Of a stretch of 64,000 nucleotides of DNA, positions 57,663 to 64,000 are shown piece after piece (position 1 is the first letter of the stretch; every line of letters begins with the position of its first letter). The stretch spans positions 224,001 to 288,000 of the forward strand of contig JBOEGF010000008.1 in NCBI GenBank assembly GCA_050633305.1, written 5' to 3'. Source of the DNA: Nannocystales bacterium (GTDB lineage: Bacteria > Myxococcota_A > Polyangia > Nannocystales > Nannocystaceae). The notes beneath the pieces are model-generated. The model saw only the letters and a list, made by a program, of their open reading frames with translations. It did no database searches and had not been told where the DNA came from. The position numbers were made by a program, and so were the translations under genes.

Positions 57663-58586
57663 ATGACGGTGAACTCGACGACCCTGGGACGCGTTCTTAG
57701 CGCGGTCACCTTCATCCTCTGCGGTTGCCAAGATCGCACGTCCGCTGGAACGGACTCCGACGCATCCACCGGGGCGGCAGCCAGCTCCTCAGGCACGACT
57801 GCGGTGGTCGCGACCACGACGAGCGACACTCCCACAACCTCACCGCAGGATGGCTCCAGCTCCGTCGGCGAGACCGAGATCGACACGAACGCCGCCGACG
57901 ACGGTGGGGCGCAGTGTGACATCTACGGCCAGGACTGCATCGACGGCGAGAAGTGCACTCCATTCTCGGACCAGCCTGACTTGCGTCCGGACGACATCCG
58001 GTGCTGCCCGATCGTCGGCAACTCCCCCCGCCAGCCCGGGGACTCCTGCGTCGTCGAGGACTACTTCGGCAGCTGCTTGGACGACTGCGACGTCGGCAGC
58101 TTCTGTCTCGACATCGACAACGATGGTGACGGCACCTGTCAGCCGTTCTGCGGCGGCACTGCGAGCAACCCGCAGTGCGAGACCGATGAGACCTGTTTCA
58201 TCTACTTCGAGGGCACCCCGCTGTGCTTCGACAACTGCGACCCGCTGGCCCAGGCCTGCCCCGAAGACCAAGGCTGCTACCCCGACGCGAGCGCCGCTGG
58301 CGGGACAGGGTTCATCTGCCTGCCCAGCGTCGGCAGCGACAACACCTACGGTGACTACTGCTGGCTGTTGTCGAACTGCTCGCCGGGCTTCATCTGTGTG
58401 ACCCCGGAGTTCCAGCCCGGCTGCGATGGACTGGTCGGGTGCTGCACCGCGCTGTGCGACACCGCAGAGTCGGACGACTGCAGCAGCTTCGACCCCGAGC
58501 TCGAGTGCGTCAGCTGGTACCAAAACGGCCAGACTCCGCCCTCCGCCGCTCTCGAAGACGTCGGCGCCTGCATCCTGCCGCCGTAG
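57663..58586 (+). CDS. Cys-rich myxobacterial lipoprotein
   Basis: CD..GQDC..GEKC.P, DDC..G..C, CDPLAQ.CP..QGCY, GCCT..CD, VGAC. Confidence 0.8.
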   Translation: MTVNSTTLGRVLSAVTFILCGCQDRTSAGTDSDASTGAAASSSGTTAVVATTTSDTPTTSPQDGSSSVGETEIDTNAADDGGAQCDIYGQDCIDGEKCTPFSDQPDLRPDDIRCCPIVGNSPRQPGDSCVVEDYFGSCLDDCDVGSFCLDIDNDGDGTCQPFCGGTASNPQCETDETCFIYFEGTPLCFDNCDPLAQACPEDQGCYPDASAAGGTGFICLPSVGSDNTYGDYCWLLSNCSPGFICVTPEFQPGCDGLVGCCTALCDTAESDDCSSFDPELECVSWYQNGQTPPSAALEDVGACILPP

Positions 58587-58610
58587 GACGTCGCCGGAAC
58601 CGCTCCGGCC

Positions 58611-58671
58611 TGCGACAACGGGCCGCACGACAACCTGTCGCAGAGACTCGGCGTCGCAGCCTGTCTACGCT
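58611..58671 (+). promoter_or_regulatory. three tandem GNGRC-N5-GNCGC (RegA/PrrA-like) boxes plus -10 upstream of mbnP
   Basis: TGCGAC-aacgg-GCCGCA, CACGAC-aacct-GTCGCA, AGAGAC-tcggc-GTCGCA; TACGCT 58666-58671. Confidence 0.5.
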
Positions 58672-58691
58672 GGATTCGGTAGGACTCCGGC

Positions 58692-59792
58692 ATGAAGACG
58701 ACCTCCTGGCTTTTCCTCGCCGCGCTGGCGATCCCGGTCGGCTGTGACTCCGGCAGCGGTGATTCCGGCGACACGGACGACGGTAGCTCGTCGGACGGTC
58801 CCACGGCCGGACCGAGCACCTCGGGCCCCACGACCGACCCCTCGACGTCGACGACCGCGCCGACCTCGACCTCGACGACGACCCCCACGACCACCGCAGA
58901 CACCGACACCGACACCGAGGCCGGAAGCGGCGACTCGGAGTCGGGCGCAGACTCCAGCTCGACCGGTGTCGCGACTCAGGACGTGACGCTCCAGTTCGCG
59001 GGCCGCATCAACGGTGTCGACGCCGCATGCGACACCCAATTCATGGGAGTCGGGAGCGCACTGAGCGATGCCCAGATTCGCGACTTCCGGCTCTACGTCT
59101 CCAACATCCGGCTCGTGGACGCCGATGGTGAGGAGGTCGCGCTCGAACTCGAGCAGGACGGTGTCTGGCAGTACGAGAACGTCGCCCTGCTCGACTTCGA
59201 GGACGGCACGGGCCTGTGTGCCGACACAGGGAACGCCGACGTCAACAGCACGGTCGTAGGCACCGTGCCCGAGGGCGACTACACCGGGGTTCGCTTCGAT
59301 GTTGGCGTCCCGGCGGACCTCAACCACACCGACCCCAACACCGCAGAGGCCCCGCTCAACGTCCTGCCGATGACGTGGAACTGGCTGGTCGGGCGAAAGT
59401 TCGTCCGCTTCGACCTGCTCGTGGACAACTTCCCGGCCGACAACTTCGGCTGGAACACCCACCTGGGTTCGCAGGGGTGCTCCAACAGCAAGAAGCCCAA
59501 CCCGATGGAGCCTCCCACCGAGGACTGCACACGGCCACAGCGGCCCGCCATCGCGCTGGACGCATTCGACCTCGACACCAACACCATCGTGGTGGATGCC
59601 GGCGCACTGCTCGCGGACGTTGATGTCTCCGGCAACGTCCAGGGCGCTCCGGGATGCATGTCGTTCTTCCCGGCAGACCCGGAGATGCAGGACAACGACT
59701 GCGCTGACGTGTTCCCCAACTACGGGATGGACTGGCAGACCGGCGCGTGTGTCGACGGCTGTTCCGGCCAAACCTTCATCACCGTCGAGTAA
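58692..59792 (+). CDS. mbnP: MbnP family (AZL_007920/MXAN_0976-type) copper-binding lipoprotein
   Basis: DFRLYVSNIRL, WQ...VALLDFEDGTG.C, GVP..LNH, MTWNW..G.KF, HLGS.GC, C..P.RP, GCMS. Confidence 0.9.
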   Translation: MKTTSWLFLAALAIPVGCDSGSGDSGDTDDGSSSDGPTAGPSTSGPTTDPSTSTTAPTSTSTTTPTTTADTDTDTEAGSGDSESGADSSSTGVATQDVTLQFAGRINGVDAACDTQFMGVGSALSDAQIRDFRLYVSNIRLVDADGEEVALELEQDGVWQYENVALLDFEDGTGLCADTGNADVNSTVVGTVPEGDYTGVRFDVGVPADLNHTDPNTAEAPLNVLPMTWNWLVGRKFVRFDLLVDNFPADNFGWNTHLGSQGCSNSKKPNPMEPPTEDCTRPQRPAIALDAFDLDTNTIVVDAGALLADVDVSGNVQGAPGCMSFFPADPEMQDNDCADVFPNYGMDWQTGACVDGCSGQTFITVE

Positions 59793-59798
59793 GCACCA

Positions 59799-61121
59799 AT
59801 GCGACGAATCCTCCCGTTGAGCGCCGCTCTTCCCCTCCTGGCCTGCGCACCTGCAGAGGTCGGGCCGGCCTCGAGCGACGTCTCGCCCACCACGGAGGAT
59901 TCGTCGACACCAACCAGCGGCACAACGGATGCCTCGACCTCGGGCGACTCAACGTCCGGCTCGAGTGGCGAGGCAGCCTCCGAAGGCAGCACCTCGGACG
60001 AGGCCACCGAGGCCACCTCCGGGGACGGCTCCGAGTCCTCGGGCACGGGCGGGTCCGAGTCCGAATGGGAATGGGAATGGGACATCCCAGAGCACTTCCC
60101 GGAACCCAAGGTCCCCGAGGACAACCCGATGACGGCCGAGAAGGTCGAGCTTGGGCGACACCTCTTCTACGACGAGCGGCTGTCCGCAAACGGTACTCAG
60201 TCCTGCGCGTCGTGCCATCGACAGGAGCTGGCCTTCACCGATGGTCTGGCTCTGCCCGTCGGATCGACGGGGGACATCATTCCTCGCAACTCGATGTCGC
60301 TGGCCAACGTCGCGTACTCCAGTCGCCACACCTGGGGGAACCCGCTGCTCGAGTCACTCTCGCAGCAGGCCACCATACCCCTCTTCGCCGAGATCCCGAC
60401 GGAGCTGGGCGCCGTGTTCGCCGAAGAGGAGATTCTCGAGCGTCTTGCCGACGACGCGCTCTACCTCGAGCTGTTCGACGCGGCGTACCCCGACGACGAT
60501 GAGCGCATCAGCTGGATCAACATCCGCGATGCCATCGCGAGCTTTCAGCGCTCACTTCTCTCTTTTAGTTCGCCGTACGACGCCTTCATCGCGGGCGACG
60601 ACGACGCAATCTCCGCTTCGGCCAAGCGCGGCGCAAACCTGTTCTTCGGTGAACTCTTCGAGTGCCACCACTGCCACAACGGGTTCAACTTCACCAACGC
60701 GACCGAGCACGCAGGCACGGTGTTCGACACCCCTGCCTACTTCAACACCGGCCTGTACAACATCGATGGCGCGGGCACCTATCCCCAGGCTGGGTGGGGC
60801 ATCGCCGAGTTCACTCTCGAAGCGAACGACATGGGCAAGCACAAGCCGCCCACGCTCCGCAACATCGCGCTGACGGGGCCGTACATGCACGATGGTTCGA
60901 TCGCCACGCTGGACGAGGTCGTCGCAACCTACGCCGCTGGGGGACGTCTCATCGAAGAAGGCCCCCTCGCTGGAGATGGGCGCGCGAACCCGTACAAGAG
61001 TTCGTTCGTGTCTGGGTTTGCGATGAGCGAGCAGGACCAGGCCGATTTGATCGCGTTCCTCGAGTCGCTGACCGATGAGGTCTTCATCAGCGACCCGAAG
61101 TTCAGCGACCCCTGGAAATAG
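59799..61121 (+). CDS. mbnH: MbnH family (MXAN_0977-type) di-heme enzyme
   Basis: P.VPEDNPMT.EKVELGRHLFYD.RLS, SCASCH, RNSMSLANVAY, ECHHCH, K.PTLRNIALTGPYMHDGS. Confidence 0.92.
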   Translation: MRRILPLSAALPLLACAPAEVGPASSDVSPTTEDSSTPTSGTTDASTSGDSTSGSSGEAASEGSTSDEATEATSGDGSESSGTGGSESEWEWEWDIPEHFPEPKVPEDNPMTAEKVELGRHLFYDERLSANGTQSCASCHRQELAFTDGLALPVGSTGDIIPRNSMSLANVAYSSRHTWGNPLLESLSQQATIPLFAEIPTELGAVFAEEEILERLADDALYLELFDAAYPDDDERISWINIRDAIASFQRSLLSFSSPYDAFIAGDDDAISASAKRGANLFFGELFECHHCHNGFNFTNATEHAGTVFDTPAYFNTGLYNIDGAGTYPQAGWGIAEFTLEANDMGKHKPPTLRNIALTGPYMHDGSIATLDEVVATYAAGGRLIEEGPLAGDGRANPYKSSFVSGFAMSEQDQADLIAFLESLTDEVFISDPKFSDPWK

Positions 61122-61194
61122 CGAGGCACGCGTGGCCACGTCGGACGCGGCCGTCCACGCGGGGTCGCTGTGGACTCTGCACACCCCTCTGCGC

Positions 61195-61806
61195 TCAGCA
61201 CTTCTCGTCGCCGAGCTCGCCCCAGGCATGCTCGCAGTAGTGCTCGGCGAGCGTGCCCTCGGCATCCATCGCCTGCTGGCAGAAGCTGCCGAAGCAGCCC
61301 AGCGTCGCTTCGTCGAACGCTTCACACGCTTCCATGCACGCGACCGTATCCGCGTACGGGTAAGCCTCGTATGACGCGCAGGTGCTCTGCATGCATCCGC
61401 AGAACGCCTCGCACAGCTCGTCCGTCCCGGCCGAGTCGGTGTCCCCGGTGTCGGTGTGGTCGTGTTCCGTGTCCGCGTGCTCCGTGTCCGCATGCCCCGT
61501 GTCCGCATGCCCCGTGTCTGCATGCTCCGTGTCCGCGTGCCCCGTGTCTGCATGCTCCGTGTCGTGGCCGTGATCGGTGTCGTGACTATGCCCGGTCTCC
61601 GCGGACCCGGAGGAGCTCCCGTCCGTCTCCCCGTGACCGTGCTCTTCTTGGCACGAAGCCTGGCCATTGTGTTCATCGCAGATCAGGTCGCCCTGGCAGT
61701 CGTCGGCGGTGTTGCACGGAGCACCAACCGCCCCCTCGCCGCCGCCATCGCAACTCGAGAGCAGGGAAACAAATGCAGCGGCAGCCACCAACGTCGAGAT
61801 GCGCAT
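61195..61806 (-). CDS. His-rich, Cys-rich lipoprotein with (HADT[G/E])6 repeats
   Basis: LSSC lipobox; 17 His in 203 aa; Cys modules at both ends. Confidence 0.82.
   Translation of the reverse strand: MRISTLVAAAAFVSLLSSCDGGGEGAVGAPCNTADDCQGDLICDEHNGQASCQEEHGHGETDGSSSGSAETGHSHDTDHGHDTEHADTGHADTEHADTGHADTGHADTEHADTEHDHTDTGDTDSAGTDELCEAFCGCMQSTCASYEAYPYADTVACMEACEAFDEATLGCFGSFCQQAMDAEGTLAEHYCEHAWGELGDEKC
61467..61556. repeat. six 15-bp tandem repeats (CCGTGTCYGCRTGCY) encoding HADT[G/E]
   Basis: Read directly from the sequence. Confidence 0.92.
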
Positions 61807-61842
61807 GATGGTCGGAGTCTAGAGACTGTCACGCTGGACTCG

Positions 61843-61877
61843 CGTGACGCGGTGTCGCACTGCGACGCACGGTCGCG
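61843..61877. promoter_or_regulatory. two tandem GNGRC-N5-GNCGC boxes upstream of the His-rich lipoprotein
   Basis: CGTGAC-gcggt-GTCGCA and TGCGAC-gcacg-GTCGCG; minus-strand TAGACT -10 at 61816-61821. Confidence 0.5.
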
Positions 61878-61893
61878 GTAGGGTGCGGGCTCG

Positions 61894-64000
61894 ATGTCGC
61901 CCCACCCGGACAAAGCCCTGCAGACGTGGGTTCTGCCCGGACTCCCGGCGAACAGCACCGGAGGCTGGCTGACGCTCGCCGCAGTCACCGCCATGTTGCT
62001 GTCGCGCCTCCTGTTGCTTCCCGACGGGCCTTGGGAACAGGACGAAGCTCTGTTTGCCGCCGGGGTCCTGGACTTCGATGTCACACGCCACCGCCCACAC
62101 CCTCCCGGCTTTCCGGGCTGGATCGCGATCGGAAAACTGCTGTTCCCGCTCGTCGGCGATCCGGTGCGAGCGCTTCAAGTCGCGTCCTCGGTCGCCTCGG
62201 CGGTGATGTTCTGGGCCTTGGCTCGGCTGCTCGACCGACTGCTCCCCGGCGGACGCGCCACGCTCCTCGCCGCAGCGTTCTCCATGTCCCCGCTGGTCTG
62301 GGTTCACGCCGGGCGCGCCTTCTCCACCACGCCTGCGGTGGCGTGTGCCGTGCTGGCACTGCTGGCGTGGCGCGGCAACGCCGTCGTCTACGGGGCGGGC
62401 TGGGTCTTGCTGGGGCTCTCCGCGCTCATCCGCCCCCAGCTCCTCCCAGAACTCGCCGTGCTCGGTCTCGCGGGTCTGAACGCGGGAAGCCACTCGCGGC
62501 GAGTCCGAGTCACCAGCGTCGCGGTTGCGGCCGGACTCTGCCTGCTGTGCATAACCGGAGCGTTCGTCGGCGATACGGAAGCGGTGACTCGCGCCTTTGT
62601 CGACCACTTCGGCCGGCACCGAGGTGCCCTCTCCGCGCCGCTGATCTGGGCAAACCTCGGCATCGTCCGCGGCCTGGGGCACCCCGCCGTCGCCGCCGCA
62701 TTGGCAGGGCTCGTCGTCGCAGGACTTTGGCGAGCGACCCGCACGAACCGAACCCACGGCGTCTGGCTGATCGGGCTTCTCACCGTCACGGCCTGGATGA
62801 TCCTACGGCAGCACCACCCGGGCTACCCCCGCTACGCGGTCGTCCTGCTCGCAGCGGCACTCCCCGCCCTCGCCTGGGGCCTCGACTCCCTTCCCCGTCG
62901 CCTCTGCGTACTGCTGGGTGTCGGGCTCACATTGGTGGGAAGCGTCAGCGCGCTCGGGCCCTTGCTGTCGATGCACACCGCCCCACTCCCGGTGGTCGCC
63001 GCGGCCCGGCTCGCGACCCTCGACTCGCATGCCGGCGCGCTTGCGTACAGCCACGGCGTGTTCTCCTTCGCCCGTCTCGAAGCCGAACAAGGCGGACTCC
63101 GCATCCTCGACGTTACCGAGCGGAGCGCCCCACCAAGGCGGCCCGCGAACACGTACGCCATCGACGGTCGGACTCTGCACGCACTCGAGGGCGTCACCGT
63201 CTGCACCATCGACCTCCCCTCGGCACCCGCTCGGGCGATGGCGCTTGGGCAGGGCCGGTTCACCACGGCACGTCTCACGCGTGACGCGGTCTTCCTCGGC
63301 GCAGGCACGTTCGGCCCGGAGTTCGACGAAGCGGGTGACCGTTTTTCTTGGCTGGGACCCTCTGCCACGCTCGCGCTTCCGGCCGACAGCGAACGGCTCC
63401 ACCTGCGCCTCCACGTTCCAGACGATGTCCAGGGCGCAGCATTCTCGGTGACGGCCGGCGACCGCGTTCGGCGAGGCTCGCTGCAAGCGGGGCCGATGTC
63501 CGTCGAGGTTGTGATTCCGCAGTGCGTGGATGGGTGTGAAGTCGTGTTCTCGACCGCCGGGAACCACTTCGACGAGAACGAGTTTCGGCCGCTCACCGTT
63601 CAACTGGACGGAGCGTGGGTCGAAGGGTCGGCGTATGCCCCCGCCTACGGGCGCTGGTCTCCAGGCCACCCCCGTACGGTCCGAGCCCGTGACGTCGTCC
63701 TCGAGGGCTTCGAAGCACCCGAGGTGTTTGCGGGCGAGCATCGCGGCGCCTGGACACACGCGCGGGCGAGCGCTTCGTTCCCTGCCCGCCCGGGCACACT
63801 TCGGGTTCGAGTGGCCCGCCCCGAGCACACACCCGGCAACGTCACGGTCTCGACCGATGTCGGAGCGCAGACCGTTGACCTCGGACCCAAGCCAACCACA
63901 CTCACACTGCGAACACAGGCACCCGGCGGGCGGGCCCGACTCGAGTTCACCTCCCCCACATTCGTACCTGCGGAGGTCCGCGCCGGCTCCGACGACTCTC
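61894..64000 (+). CDS. multi-TM GT-C-fold glycosyltransferase-like protein (DUF2723-like); runs off the window end
   Basis: Not in the ORF track because it has no stop. Manual translation: MSPHPDK..GPWEQDEALFAAGVLDFDVTRHRPHPPGFPGWI.., many TM helices, YPRY. Confidence 0.75.
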   Translation, partial: MSPHPDKALQTWVLPGLPANSTGGWLTLAAVTAMLLSRLLLLPDGPWEQDEALFAAGVLDFDVTRHRPHPPGFPGWIAIGKLLFPLVGDPVRALQVASSVASAVMFWALARLLDRLLPGGRATLLAAAFSMSPLVWVHAGRAFSTTPAVACAVLALLAWRGNAVVYGAGWVLLGLSALIRPQLLPELAVLGLAGLNAGSHSRRVRVTSVAVAAGLCLLCITGAFVGDTEAVTRAFVDHFGRHRGALSAPLIWANLGIVRGLGHPAVAAALAGLVVAGLWRATRTNRTHGVWLIGLLTVTAWMILRQHHPGYPRYAVVLLAAALPALAWGLDSLPRRLCVLLGVGLTLVGSVSALGPLLSMHTAPLPVVAAARLATLDSHAGALAYSHGVFSFARLEAEQGGLRILDVTERSAPPRRPANTYAIDGRTLHALEGVTVCTIDLPSAPARAMALGQGRFTTARLTRDAVFLGAGTFGPEFDEAGDRFSWLGPSATLALPADSERLHLRLHVPDDVQGAAFSVTAGDRVRRGSLQAGPMSVEVVIPQCVDGCEVVFSTAGNHFDENEFRPLTVQLDGAWVEGSAYAPAYGRWSPGHPRTVRARDVVLEGFEAPEVFAGEHRGAWTHARASASFPARPGTLRVRVARPEHTPGNVTVSTDVGAQTVDLGPKPTTLTLRTQAPGGRARLEFTSPTFVPAEVRAGSDDS

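Noticed and set aside
60063..60080. (GAATGG)3 microsatellite as a phase-variation site in mbnH
   Set aside because: In-frame 6-bp unit encoding EWEWEW at the domain start; cannot shift the frame
58692..61121. Methanobactin biosynthetic cluster
   Set aside because: No precursor peptide or MbnB/MbnC-like genes seen in the window
61467..61556. Tandem repeats as a possible CRISPR array
   Set aside because: No spacers; the 15-bp in-frame units encode a peptide repeat; no cas genes seen

Overview
High-GC chromosomal window, most consistent with a myxobacterium (Nannocystaceae-like). Support for this: MYXO-CTERM tails, many lipoproteins with Ser/Thr/Asp-rich linkers, a Myxococcales-type sigma factor next to a Ser/Thr kinase, and DUF1552/DUF1592-type clusters. 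It holds about 55 densely packed CDSs and one decayed FAD-dehydrogenase pseudogene. I saw no rRNA, tRNA, CRISPR, integrase or transposase. Signals read directly from the sequence that the ORF track misses: (1) a complete Thr-codon leader-peptide attenuator (MFSLSTTTTTTIDTA) upstream of thrS; (2) a BlaI repressor with two TACGAA-N4-TTCGT(A/T) operators, coupled to a BlaR1/M56 protease fused to an intact lytic transglycosylase domain; (3) an ECF/FecR-linked heme-c gene cluster with twin divergent promoter-like motifs and an HzsA-like surface protein; (4) an MbnP-MbnH pair facing a His-rich repeat lipoprotein, both preceded by tandem RegA/PrrA-like boxes and lying near an orphan heme A synthase; (5) an HTH-citrate-synthase / citrate-synthase divergon with a perfect palindrome; (6) a probable 6S RNA; (7) many probable leaderless promoters. 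All family calls come from recognising motifs by eye. No database search or folding program was run.
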